DNA of 64,000 bases from a virus (IMGVR_UViG_3300035498_000877:64001-128000); one strand, 5' to 3'; counted from the first letter of the stretch, positions 43,412-53,165 are shown. Translations and numbers: made by a program. The notes: generated by a model not told the origin, from the letters alone.

Positions 43412-43666
43412 ATGGGAAAGACAGAAAAATTAACAGGTAAGGTTAAATGGTTCAATGAGCAGAAAGGATTTGGATACATCACAGCTGATGATGGAACAGA
43501 TTACTTTGTACATCGTTCAGGGATTAAGAAGGCTCATCCAAAGACAATTGTAGTATCAAATCTTGAAAAAGATGATGTTGTAGAATTTACAATTCAGGAT
43601 GCACCAAAGGGACCACAGGCAGTATCTGTTACAGTAGTAGATGATACTGATGAAGCTACAGAATAA
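43412..43666 (+). CDS. cspA: Cold-shock domain protein
   Basis: GKVKWFNEQKGFGYI, DYFVH, KGPQA. Confidence 0.9.
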   Translation: MGKTEKLTGKVKWFNEQKGFGYITADDGTDYFVHRSGIKKAHPKTIVVSNLEKDDVVEFTIQDAPKGPQAVSVTVVDDTDEATE

Positions 43667-43701
43667 TAATATAAGGGAGGGATACTAATCCCTCTCTTTA
43701 T

Positions 43702-43796
43702 TTTTTACCAATAAATAAAGCTCTATTAGTTATTAAATAACACAAAATAAATACTAGAAAGGAGATATACTATTATGAGCAAGAAGTACTTGGGGG
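43702..43796 (+). repeat. 95-bp inverted repeat, left arm
   Basis: Perfect reverse complement of 45294-45388. Confidence 0.92.
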
Positions 43797-45136
43797 GGGG
43801 TTCATTAAAATCCCTAATACAAACTATATTAACAACATTTCCAACAAGTGAAATTACTGAAGATGAAATAAATGATATGTACTATCCACCAAATGTATAT
43901 GGTTTTAGTATAGATCAAACAGCAACCAACTCAGATAGTGCTATATCATATATTGGGCAGAATGTAAATTATACTGCAGCACAAAAGACAGATGCTTACG
44001 TATTTGATTATGGGGATTGGAAAGATGCATTCTTTATAAAGAATCTTAGACCATGTATGTTGAATTATGATGGTACTGAGGCATATCTATTAGATCCAAA
44101 TGATTATAGTAAGAAATTAGATAGTACTGATTCAGATATAGATAATAGTGATTTTGCTGGAAATGTAATGGTAGGAATACCAAAAGTATATTTTAAGATA
44201 GTTAAAGTGGATGATGATCATATCAATTTTTATTTTTCAGATAAGAAAGTAGATGATAACTATCATTGTTGGGCTCATATAAATAACTATGGTGATGAAG
44301 TACCATATTATTATTTATCAATATATTTTGGGCAACTTATTGATGGAAAAATAAGATCATTTTATAATTCTAATGGACGTGAAACTAATTTTAACTTCGA
44401 TACAGGTATAAATGATTCTGGTATAGTTGATTATTATGAAAAAGGTAACAATATTAAAGATTATGCTATGGCAAATAATATAAATGGTAATAATATTTGG
44501 GGTTTAGAAACATATAGTAGTTGGTTATTAATCACGTTATTGTCTATTTTGATATTTAAGGATTCTGATATATCGGATATATATCGTCCATTTGGTTCAA
44601 CATGCATCTGGGGTAATTATCCAAAACTTATTAATGGATTTTTATTTAATATTCAGAATAGACAATTTCTAGTAAAACTTACATATGGTACTCAAGATGG
44701 TAGTACTGTAGAAGGATATAATTTTGCTGGAGATGGATATATTGAAGGCCCTATATTATCTTCTGCATTTGATCACCAAGATGACTGCAATAATACATAT
44801 TGTACTGCTCATGTTAACACTGACTATGGAGTTGATATAGGAATAACCGGTCGAGTGTCAAAAATGAAATTCACTGAGCAAGGTATTATGTTTCCAGTGG
44901 AAAGTATGCACTTTGAAGATGATACTGCGTATCGTTTTACAATATTTGCAGAATATGGTGATGTGTATGGTGACCCAATTACAGATAGAAATACGTTATA
45001 TTGTCTCGCTAATGGAAATTGCGCACTTAGCAGTAACGAAAAAATACCATATAATATGATATTTATTGGGAGTATATTTACTAATTTTTATTGTAAAACA
45101 TCTTTAATTTGTCTACCAAAAATCCAGACAAAATAA
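43775..45136 (+). CDS. Paralog of the DGR target protein; G9 tract at 43792-43800 (in frame)
   Basis: Shares YIGQN.NYTAA, FFIKNLRPCMLNYDGTEAYLLDPNDY, VKLTYGT.DGSTVEGYNF and terminal CLPK with 3970..5493. Confidence 0.85.
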   Translation: MSKKYLGGGSLKSLIQTILTTFPTSEITEDEINDMYYPPNVYGFSIDQTATNSDSAISYIGQNVNYTAAQKTDAYVFDYGDWKDAFFIKNLRPCMLNYDGTEAYLLDPNDYSKKLDSTDSDIDNSDFAGNVMVGIPKVYFKIVKVDDDHINFYFSDKKVDDNYHCWAHINNYGDEVPYYYLSIYFGQLIDGKIRSFYNSNGRETNFNFDTGINDSGIVDYYEKGNNIKDYAMANNINGNNIWGLETYSSWLLITLLSILIFKDSDISDIYRPFGSTCIWGNYPKLINGFLFNIQNRQFLVKLTYGTQDGSTVEGYNFAGDGYIEGPILSSAFDHQDDCNNTYCTAHVNTDYGVDIGITGRVSKMKFTEQGIMFPVESMHFEDDTAYRFTIFAEYGDVYGDPITDRNTLYCLANGNCALSSNEKIPYNMIFIGSIFTNFYCKTSLICLPKIQTK

Positions 45137-45148
45137 ATAATATAATAT

Positions 45149-45175
45149 TAGAAGAGGGATTTAATCCCTCTTCTA
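45149..45175. terminator. Bidirectional hairpin between the paralog and the VR2 remnant
   Basis: tagaagagggat-tta-atccctcttcta. Confidence 0.7.
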
Positions 45176-45191
45176 TATTTTTATTGATCTA

Positions 45192-45315
45192 TTAACTAAC
45201 TGATTTGGGTAGACATTTAGGAGAGCCGCCGCAGGGCCAGCCCGAGCTAGAAACCACAACACCGAGAACCACGCACAACAAGCCCACACGACGCCCCCAA
45301 GTACTTCTTGCTCAT
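45192..45315 (-). pseudogene. Internally deleted DGR target: MSKKYLG start fused out of frame to a VR copy (VR2, 45216-45296)
   Basis: VR frame reads RVGLLCVVLGVVVSSSGWPCGGSPKCLPKSVS*; 62/75 identity to TR over 45216-45290. Confidence 0.85.
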
Positions 45316-45388
45316 AATAGTATATCTCCTTTCTAGTATTTATTTTGTGTTATTTAATAACTAATAGAGCTTTATTTATTGGTAAAAA
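45294..45388 (-). repeat. 95-bp inverted repeat, right arm
   Basis: Perfect reverse complement of 43702-43796. Confidence 0.92.
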
Positions 45389-45472
45389 TGAACATTTTTT
45401 GGTTATATATTTTTAATTTAAATGACCAACATATTTATCAATTCAATATTAATAAAATTGGAGGAAGTAGAA

Positions 45473-47632
45473 ATGAGTGAATATGAAGTTTATAATTTAC
45501 CAATAATAAGAACTGTTGAAGATTGCGAAAGAGAATTTCCAGATGTGTATATAATATCTAGATTTGACACATATGAAAAATTCGATGATTTTTATTACAA
45601 GATATACTATGCAATATGTGCATGTGCAGAAATTAAAGCATGTCTTAGTTACAAAATCAAATTTAAATTTTATCCAGAAGATGAAATTATCTATGAATTA
45701 TCTATGCCAAAATTATTATTAAATATGAATTCATGGCGTCCATTAATCGAATTAAATACCATTCAAGATCACTATATTAAAAAGATAGAAGTATTAGATG
45801 AATCATATATTGTGGGTACAATGATGTCTAATAAATTACGTGTAGGGTTAGAGTCAAAAGTAATGAATGTATTAAGTGATTATGGTATTACATTTGAAAG
45901 AATATCTGAATTGCTTAAAGAATTGATTGAGAGATATCAACAAGCATCAGTAGAATTTGCATTAAGCTCTAAGGCAGCAATCATGACATATGAAAGTATA
46001 TTCCTCAATGACTATAGAAACTCTGAAAAGATTAGGGAACTAAATAATACTAAGATAAGCCAGGAATTACAGACATCTGAAGTTGAAGAAGTATTAAATA
46101 AGAAAACAGCTGAACTAATCACTGAGATGGGTAAGACAAAGAATCCAATATGGTATGTATCTAAAGCTGGTAATCATATTAAAGAGAAACAGGTACAGGA
46201 ATTATTTATATCTTATGGACAGATACCAAATGTAGATGGTAATGTTATTCCATATACAATGCAGGGAAATGGATTTTCTACTGGATATATTGATCCAGCT
46301 ACATATTATGTTGCAGCTACAGGTGCTCGATTATCTAATATTATGAATAAAGCTCACATGGGTGAAGCTGGATATCTATCACGTAACCTTATATTGGCAT
46401 CTCGTACTATGACATTATCTCATACTGTATTTGATTGCGGAACTAAGCATCTATTGAAACTCCATGTTACTGATAGTGCATTTCTTCATAGATTGGAAAA
46501 CAAATGGATCACAGAAACTCAAGGTGGTAAACTAGAATTATGCCACTATGAAAAACATAAATATCTTATTGGAAAAGATATCTATGTTAGATCACTTGTA
46601 ACATGTGCTGGAGGAAATGAAGTATGCCATATGTGTTATGGTGGCGATGCTAAACTAGTAATGAATATGCCTGGTATGGCTATATTTAATACTGAAGTAT
46701 ATTCAGAACCAGTAGGTCAGAATATCCTATCAACAAAACATCTTCTATATACAGCTGCAAATAAGATTACATTTAGTGATTCATTTAATAAATATTTTAA
46801 GTTCAATGCAGGTGATATTTATCTCAAAGATAAAGATGATTGGGATTTAGATGTTCCATTCGATCAATTATACATTAGAATAGAAGAAGGTAATGTGGTA
46901 TCAGTTAATAATAATGATATGGCTGAATATAATACCTTTGGTAATAATATTGAAAGCCCATTATTTATATATAATAATAGGACTAATGAATATGATAAAA
47001 TAGAGATTATTAATTATGAATCAATGTTTATTGATTCTGAATCTATGAGATCATTTAAATTAGTATTGGATAAGACTAATGGAAAGAAATATTATCAAAT
47101 ATCATTAGTTTCATTATCATCTGATCTTGAAGGAAGATTGATGTCAATTGATATTAAGAATAATGGATTAACTGATAATCTGTATATGATTATGGATCTT
47201 ATCAATAAGAATGCTAGAAAGTATACTGATTATAATCAGTTAGCACAAGACTTCTTTGAGAGTATGATTAAAGCTAATATTAAATGTAGACATGTGCAAG
47301 TAGAAGTCATCTTAAATAGACTGATTAGAGATACTGATAATATCTATAAGAGACCTGACTTTACTAAGTTTGAAAATCCTAAATATCAGATATTAAATCT
47401 AAATCAAGCATTATTAAATACAGATGCACCTACTATTGGATTATCATATCAGGAAGTTAAACGACAAATATTGTCAGATGCATTGTATGAAGATAAGAAT
47501 GGATCTTCATACCTCGATCCATTATACGCAAACAAAGTAAGTACTAAACATCTCAAAGAATTAATTGCTAAAGTAGCAGAAAGAAAGAGGAGAGAAAAGG
47601 ATGAACGAGAACGAAGAGAGCAAGAGGAGTAA
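45473..47632 (+). CDS. Phage RNA polymerase beta' subunit, C-terminal part (second enzyme)
   Basis: GARLS...AGYLSRNL, FDCGT, VRSLVTC...VCHMCYG, SEPVGQNILSTKH, HVQVEVIL; start MSEYEV behind ggagga. Confidence 0.85.
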   Translation: MSEYEVYNLPIIRTVEDCEREFPDVYIISRFDTYEKFDDFYYKIYYAICACAEIKACLSYKIKFKFYPEDEIIYELSMPKLLLNMNSWRPLIELNTIQDHYIKKIEVLDESYIVGTMMSNKLRVGLESKVMNVLSDYGITFERISELLKELIERYQQASVEFALSSKAAIMTYESIFLNDYRNSEKIRELNNTKISQELQTSEVEEVLNKKTAELITEMGKTKNPIWYVSKAGNHIKEKQVQELFISYGQIPNVDGNVIPYTMQGNGFSTGYIDPATYYVAATGARLSNIMNKAHMGEAGYLSRNLILASRTMTLSHTVFDCGTKHLLKLHVTDSAFLHRLENKWITETQGGKLELCHYEKHKYLIGKDIYVRSLVTCAGGNEVCHMCYGGDAKLVMNMPGMAIFNTEVYSEPVGQNILSTKHLLYTAANKITFSDSFNKYFKFNAGDIYLKDKDDWDLDVPFDQLYIRIEEGNVVSVNNNDMAEYNTFGNNIESPLFIYNNRTNEYDKIEIINYESMFIDSESMRSFKLVLDKTNGKKYYQISLVSLSSDLEGRLMSIDIKNNGLTDNLYMIMDLINKNARKYTDYNQLAQDFFESMIKANIKCRHVQVEVILNRLIRDTDNIYKRPDFTKFENPKYQILNLNQALLNTDAPTIGLSYQEVKRQILSDALYEDKNGSSYLDPLYANKVSTKHLKELIAKVAERKRREKDERERREQEE

Positions 47633-48104
47633 TGCATACCAAGGTATGATAGATGCAGTAAAGGCTGAGTCTGAAGCATTTAATAAATCTTTAAAAGAAT
47701 TAGATAAGAAGAAAAAAGAGAATCCTGATATGGAAAATGATGGTAATGAAGTAGGTTATGTTTTATATAAAGCTATTCTTGATAGTAATATTAGAATGAT
47801 GGAAACTAAACAAGTTGAGGATATCTTTAATAAACTATCAATATCAATAGGAGAAGATTCAGCTTTATCAATTGTTGCACTATTTATCACATGCATGAAT
47901 AATTCATCATATAATGCATTAACGTTTTATGATGAATTATTAAAAGGAGAATTGAATCAACAATTTGAACCTATGTGTACTAATATCAATAAAAACCATA
48001 TTGATATTCAGACGCTAACTCAGGTATTAGAGATTCATAAAAAATCTATCAGCGAATTAAAAGAAGCTATTACTATCAATAATATCAATAAAGAAATGAG
48101 GTAA
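47601..48104 (+). CDS. Hypothetical protein
   Basis: 167-aa ORF overlapping the beta' stop. Confidence 0.6.
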   Translation: MNENEESKRSNAYQGMIDAVKAESEAFNKSLKELDKKKKENPDMENDGNEVGYVLYKAILDSNIRMMETKQVEDIFNKLSISIGEDSALSIVALFITCMNNSSYNALTFYDELLKGELNQQFEPMCTNINKNHIDIQTLTQVLEIHKKSISELKEAITINNINKEMR

Positions 48105-48111
48105 ACAGAAT

Positions 48112-48447
48112 ATGGCAGATGAATGTAAAAAGTTACTAGAAGATATAGCTAATGATGTTACTGATTTTAGAGAAATACTAGAAAGATATGCTTCAGAACT
48201 TAGGAATATTGCTGATCAACTTAGATCATGTAGTGATGATATTAGAGATGAAGCTATGATTTGCTCAGATAAAAATATTGATACAATAAAGTCATTTATA
48301 GAATCATCTGGAGTAAAAACTATTGCTAAGGATAGTAAAAGCAAGAAATATTATATTTCTGAAAATGATGTTATTGAAGTTCAGAAAATAAGATTACTTA
48401 ACGAGAGTTTGCGAAGTAGTACATATAAACTGATGGATGACATATAA
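48112..48447 (+). CDS. Hypothetical helical protein (distant member of tandem family)
   Basis: LERYASELRNIADQLRSCSDDI resembles the helix in the three following genes. Confidence 0.55.
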   Translation: MADECKKLLEDIANDVTDFREILERYASELRNIADQLRSCSDDIRDEAMICSDKNIDTIKSFIESSGVKTIAKDSKSKKYYISENDVIEVQKIRLLNESLRSSTYKLMDDI

Positions 48448-48474
48448 ATCAATATAATTAAAGGAGTTGAAAAA

Positions 48475-48915
48475 ATGGATCAAGATAAATTAAAACAATT
48501 ACAAGATGAATTTGAAGTTGCAAATGCTAAATTAGATCTTGCTAATACTGTAGATATTATATCCTATTATGGTGATATTCTTATCAAATATGGTAATGAA
48601 ATTATAAAAATTGGTGAGGATATCAAAATAAACTCTTCATCAGTTGAATCTTTGATAAAATCTATAGATAGTCCTCAAAGATTGAGACCATGCGAACAAT
48701 TTGTATCATATGCTAATATTCCTTTAAAAATTCCAGCTAGTTCTATTGATAGGAAAAATATTGATATTGCTGATATTGATTCATATCAATATTTATTAAA
48801 ATATCAAAAAATGTTACATGACTCAATAAATAGATTGACTAACAAATTATCAGGAACTTCAGATGATCATCATATGAAAATTAGTACGGATGATATTATT
48901 AATGACTTAGGATAA
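48475..48915 (+). CDS. Tandem paralog 1, hypothetical
   Basis: DLANTVD...GDILIKYGNEIIKIGEDIK. Confidence 0.65.
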   Translation: MDQDKLKQLQDEFEVANAKLDLANTVDIISYYGDILIKYGNEIIKIGEDIKINSSSVESLIKSIDSPQRLRPCEQFVSYANIPLKIPASSIDRKNIDIADIDSYQYLLKYQKMLHDSINRLTNKLSGTSDDHHMKISTDDIINDLG

Positions 48916-48928
48916 TAGGAGGAATAAT

Positions 48929-49324
48929 ATGGATATAGATAAATTAAATCAATATCGTACTGATGCAAATATAAACAATATAAGATATGAGTTAGCTAAA
49001 TCAGCTGATAATATTTCAAAGTGTGGAGATTTCTTGATTGATTATGCAAATGAAATTATTAAGGTAGCCGAAGATTTGAAGAGATATTCTAAGAAAATCG
49101 AAGACAATGTGGAAAAAATTAATAATGATAAGAAAGTATCTGATGCTGCAGTATTTGTAACAGCTACTAAAACTCCACCAAATATTCCACGGCTTTTAAT
49201 TAATTTGAAAGATCCTGATATTTATAAAACTGAATCCTTAAAATATTTATATAGCTATAGTGAAAATTATAAACATGAACTCAGTGATCTTATTTCATCA
49301 ATTAATATGATTGAAAAGAGGTAA
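48929..49324 (+). CDS. Tandem paralog 2, hypothetical
   Basis: ELAKSAD...GDFLIDYANEIIKVAEDLK. Confidence 0.65.
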   Translation: MDIDKLNQYRTDANINNIRYELAKSADNISKCGDFLIDYANEIIKVAEDLKRYSKKIEDNVEKINNDKKVSDAAVFVTATKTPPNIPRLLINLKDPDIYKTESLKYLYSYSENYKHELSDLISSINMIEKR

Positions 49325-49330
49325 ATTATT

Positions 49331-49732
49331 ATGACTGAGAAAGAATTAAAACATTTTAAAGATCATGAATACATTGTTAAAGCCAGAGCTGATCTTGCAG
49401 AAACAGTTGATATGTATCAAAAAACTGGAGATTATCTAATTGAATATGGTGAAAAGATGAAAACAATGGGTGAACAATTTAAATGGTATGGTAAATCATT
49501 AGATAAGAAAATAGAAAATGTGTGCACTACTACAGATGCAGGTATCGTAAATAAACTTATCGAAGCAAGGGTCACCCCTAATGTAATACCATGTATGTAT
49601 ATTCATAGAAATATTAAGTCTGATGTGAAAGTATCGGAATCTGAGCCTGTAAATTATCTACGTGGTTTACTTGAAATAATCTCTGAACGTGTAAGAGAAA
49701 TAAGAACAATACCAAAACATTTTTGGTGTTAA
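49331..49732 (+). CDS. Tandem paralog 3, hypothetical
   Basis: DLAETVD...GDYLIEYGEKMKTMGEQFK. Confidence 0.65.
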   Translation: MTEKELKHFKDHEYIVKARADLAETVDMYQKTGDYLIEYGEKMKTMGEQFKWYGKSLDKKIENVCTTTDAGIVNKLIEARVTPNVIPCMYIHRNIKSDVKVSESEPVNYLRGLLEIISERVREIRTIPKHFWC

Positions 49733-49753
49733 GAATATAGGGAGGATAAAAAT

Positions 49754-49897
49754 ATGATTGAAGGGTTAAGTAAAGAATACATGGATATGTATCATACGAA
49801 TGAAGAAGAATTAATAGAGATGTGTGAAAAAGGAATTGATAACATTCCATTTGAATTTTATGCTAGAACTGGTTTAGATCCCGATGATATGATTTAG
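49754..49897 (+). CDS. Small acidic protein (47 aa, not in ORF track)
   Basis: gggagga SD; MIEGLSKEYMDMYHTNEEELIEMCEKG...DPDDMI*. Confidence 0.5.
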   Translation: MIEGLSKEYMDMYHTNEEELIEMCEKGIDNIPFEFYARTGLDPDDMI

Positions 49898-49937
49898 ATT
49901 AGTTTACTTATTCACCCATAATAAAAGTAGTGAGGAT

Positions 49938-50096
49938 TTATTCCTCACTACTTTTTTCTTTATTTTCTTGAGCTAATTTATTTACTTTTTCTAATACTTC
50001 TGCTTTAATATTCTCAGGAACATCATCAATTGTTCTATATCCTTTGTTTACTAAACTTGTGTAAAAATTAATTAATGCTGTTTGTTTTACTCCCAT
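49938..50096 (-). CDS. CD1375-like small phage protein (52 aa, not in ORF track)
   Basis: FYTSLVNKGYRTIDDVPENIKAEV motif; aaggag SD. Confidence 0.65.
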   Translation of the reverse strand: MGVKQTALINFYTSLVNKGYRTIDDVPENIKAEVLEKVNKLAQENKEKSSEE

Positions 50097-50184
50097 AATT
50101 GTTACTCCTTTCAATATAAATTAATTAAACTTTGGTGTTCAGAATACATCTAACATAAAAATATTAAATATTGGGGGAATAAAA

Positions 50185-51198
50185 ATGAGCAAGTATATTA
50201 AACTTCATACATTATCAGTTGGGTATAATATAGATTTAGGACAACAATTTTTTGATTTATTACATGAATATGATGAGTATATACATTCATATTTTTTCTC
50301 AGTTCATGAAAGATTTTATAACAATCCAAATCAACCTGAATTACAATATGATGATGTTATTGATAACTTAGCATTATTAAATACATATAACTATCCTGCT
50401 AATTTATTGTTCAATAATTATAATAATAAAAATTTTGAAATATATAATCATACTATTGATAAATTACTGAATGTTGGAATTAATATAAAAGCAGTAACTG
50501 TATTAGATCTTGATCTAGCAAAATTAATAAAGACTGATTTTCCACAATTAGAGATACATTCATCTGTTAGATATTTTGATACTTATTTAAGAAATTATAT
50601 GAATCTAACACCAGTTAATTTCATAGATCATATTAATGATTTCATTGGATTAATTGATGTGGTAAATCTATCTGGTACATATAGTATGTTTGATTATGAT
50701 ATTCAAAATAAATGCAGAGAGCTTGGTTTCAAAATTAAGTATATTACAAATGAAGGATGTATTAGAAATAGAGATCTGAATTATTCAAAATTTAAAGGAT
50801 ATGAAAATAATAAATGTTATAACCCTGATAAAGGATGCCAAATTTTATGCACAAATAAATTAGTTAAATCATATCCATGGTTAGAACTAGCAAGAGCTAA
50901 TTTATATAAAGAATCTATTCAATATATTGATTATGATATTCTAAAAATATCTGGTAGGAATATATCAGATATTAATAAAATCAGATCAATGTTGAATTAT
51001 TGGACATCTGATGATGGAACTAATTATATTGCAAACATATCAATGTATAATGATATTAATACATATAATATCTTTAAAGAATACATAAGGGATTCTGCAA
51101 CATGTAATGGGATGTGTAAAGAATGTAGAAAATGTGAGAAATATTATAGTAGGATGATTTTAAGTTCAACCAAATATGAAAATATATATCAAAGATAG
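50185..51198 (+). CDS. Peptidase U32-like Fe-S protein
   Basis: LEIHSSV, TNEGC, LKISGR and C-terminal CNGMCKECRKC. Confidence 0.65.
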   Translation: MSKYIKLHTLSVGYNIDLGQQFFDLLHEYDEYIHSYFFSVHERFYNNPNQPELQYDDVIDNLALLNTYNYPANLLFNNYNNKNFEIYNHTIDKLLNVGINIKAVTVLDLDLAKLIKTDFPQLEIHSSVRYFDTYLRNYMNLTPVNFIDHINDFIGLIDVVNLSGTYSMFDYDIQNKCRELGFKIKYITNEGCIRNRDLNYSKFKGYENNKCYNPDKGCQILCTNKLVKSYPWLELARANLYKESIQYIDYDILKISGRNISDINKIRSMLNYWTSDDGTNYIANISMYNDINTYNIFKEYIRDSATCNGMCKECRKCEKYYSRMILSSTKYENIYQR

Positions 51199-51225
51199 TA
51201 GTGAGTAATTACTCACTACTATCTT
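51192..51225. terminator. Perfect 34-bp palindrome between convergent U32 and rSAM genes
   Basis: aagatagtagtgagtaattactcactactatctt. Confidence 0.75.
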
Positions 51226-51232
51226 CTATAAT

Positions 51233-52351
51233 TTAATTTATTGATGGATCAATTGTGCATTTACCAACTTTAATCCTATGAACATGTTTTGTTTCTTTAT
51301 ATGATTGAATAATATTTGTTTTTGATACTTTATATATGAATTTATTTCTAATAAAATCAAATGTTGATAATATATCTTCTTGAATTGGTCCCAATCTACT
51401 GATAGACGAATGATTACAACCACCTAATCCCATTACTATATTATTTTTAACAATATCGATATTACTATCCATTACTACTTTTGAATTTATAAAGAAATCT
51501 CTATAGCTTCCATTTTTTAGTAAATGATAAGGCTCTTCACCATAATCAATTATGTCTCCAATATTAAGTGATAGAGATGAATCTTTTTCTAAAGAATATT
51601 CATCAGTACTTAACACAATATCTTTTAATAATTCTCTAAACTTAATTGATTTTAGATAATATTTATCAACTCTAAAATTAGGAATGGAACATATTTCATC
51701 AGGTTTTAATTCATTAATGCATTTATTCATATCATCAACATAAATATCCCATCCCATATCATTATCATAATTAAATAATGCAACTATATCAATATTTGCA
51801 TATCTATCATTTTCATGGAAAATATCAATAGCTTTCTTCAATTTATCAATATCATAGGGTATTCTATTTTGTTGTTTATTTGATTTTAAATCAAATGACT
51901 GAATACCAATACTCAATCGCTTAATATCCATATCATTAATTAAAAATGATAAAAATTCATCGGTTAAATCAATAGGATGAACTTCGAATGATATATTAGT
52001 CGTATTATGATATCCAGGAATATTATTTATTATTTCAATCAAAGCATCTTTATTCCATAATGATGGAGTACCTCCACCAAAATAAATTTGATCCATTTTA
52101 ACAGGAAATACATCTTTCATATTCTGAACTAAAGATACTACACTATCTTCATATATTTTTATTTTATCTTTATATTCATAATATTTGTTACTGCCAAATG
52201 CACAGAATTTACATATTGATCTGCAAAATGGAAAATCTATATATAATTCAAATTTGGTATCATCAGTTATTGGATATTCATTGAAATATCGTTTCCAATA
52301 TTCTATAAATTCACCATCATTATGTAAATAATAAGGATAATCTTTATTCAT
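51233..52351 (-). CDS. HemN-like (class C) radical SAM enzyme
   Basis: LYIDFPFCRSICKFC, IYFGGGTPS, RLSIGIQSF. Confidence 0.85.
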   Translation of the reverse strand: MNKDYPYYLHNDGEFIEYWKRYFNEYPITDDTKFELYIDFPFCRSICKFCAFGSNKYYEYKDKIKIYEDSVVSLVQNMKDVFPVKMDQIYFGGGTPSLWNKDALIEIINNIPGYHNTTNISFEVHPIDLTDEFLSFLINDMDIKRLSIGIQSFDLKSNKQQNRIPYDIDKLKKAIDIFHENDRYANIDIVALFNYDNDMGWDIYVDDMNKCINELKPDEICSIPNFRVDKYYLKSIKFRELLKDIVLSTDEYSLEKDSSLSLNIGDIIDYGEEPYHLLKNGSYRDFFINSKVVMDSNIDIVKNNIVMGLGGCNHSSISRLGPIQEDILSTFDFIRNKFIYKVSKTNIIQSYKETKHVHRIKVGKCTIDPSIN

Positions 52352-52354
52352 AAT

Positions 52355-53164
52355 TTATTCCTTTCTTACCATATTTGCAAACTCTTTTGGATATGAGCAA
52401 TATTTTTGTAATCTACATGGTCTGCATCTATTTATCATAGAACATTCATAACATTCTTTCGGAACATAAATTTGTAAACCATGTGGGCATGAATTCTTTA
52501 ATGATCCATCTGGGTATAACGTGTATATATTAGTACAATCATAACACCAGTTATTTATTCTATCAGCAATTTCTAACTCAATATTTGATTGCCATTTATT
52601 ATATAAATTACATAGCCATTGATCAGCCGATTTATAATATGATGGATCATTTTCTTCACCAACATAATGTTCAAATTTAATACACTTAACTCCCTTAATA
52701 TTCCATGTATCAACAAGTGATATAAATTCATCTATATTCATATTAAATAAATCTTTAGTTAATGTAATCATTATAGTATGAGATATTCCATTATCTGATA
52801 TAATCTTTCGATTTTTCATCCAGATATCATATTCTTTATCATTAAATCTTTTAGAATTCCAAGATGTTGATATACCATCGAATGTTTTATATATTTCTAT
52901 TAATCTATCATTTAGAATAAGTAAATTGGTTGATATACCATTTATCTTACTGATGCCATTAATATTATTAGATTCAATTATTTCATATAATCTATCAAGA
53001 TGTGTTGTAGCTTCTCCTCCAAAGATTGTTATTTGTCCATCAAATTTATTTAATTCATATAGGAATTTATCTTTATCATAAAATTCATCTCTATCTTTAG
53101 CAAAACAATGTGGACAATTTAAATTGCAGTGCCACGTGGGCACTGCATATAAATGTTTGTACAT
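52355..53164 (-). CDS. Radical SAM/SPASM-like protein
   Basis: CNLNCPHC, FGGE, C-terminal CYEC...CRPC. Confidence 0.85.
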   Translation of the reverse strand: MYKHLYAVPTWHCNLNCPHCFAKDRDEFYDKDKFLYELNKFDGQITIFGGEATTHLDRLYEIIESNNINGISKINGISTNLLILNDRLIEIYKTFDGISTSWNSKRFNDKEYDIWMKNRKIISDNGISHTIMITLTKDLFNMNIDEFISLVDTWNIKGVKCIKFEHYVGEENDPSYYKSADQWLCNLYNKWQSNIELEIADRINNWCYDCTNIYTLYPDGSLKNSCPHGLQIYVPKECYECSMINRCRPCRLQKYCSYPKEFANMVRKE

Positions 53165-53165
53165 G

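Noticed and set aside
45000-45136. 3' end of the 453-aa paralog as a third VR
   Set aside because: Only the terminal CLPK codons resemble the target end; there is no alignable identity to TR.
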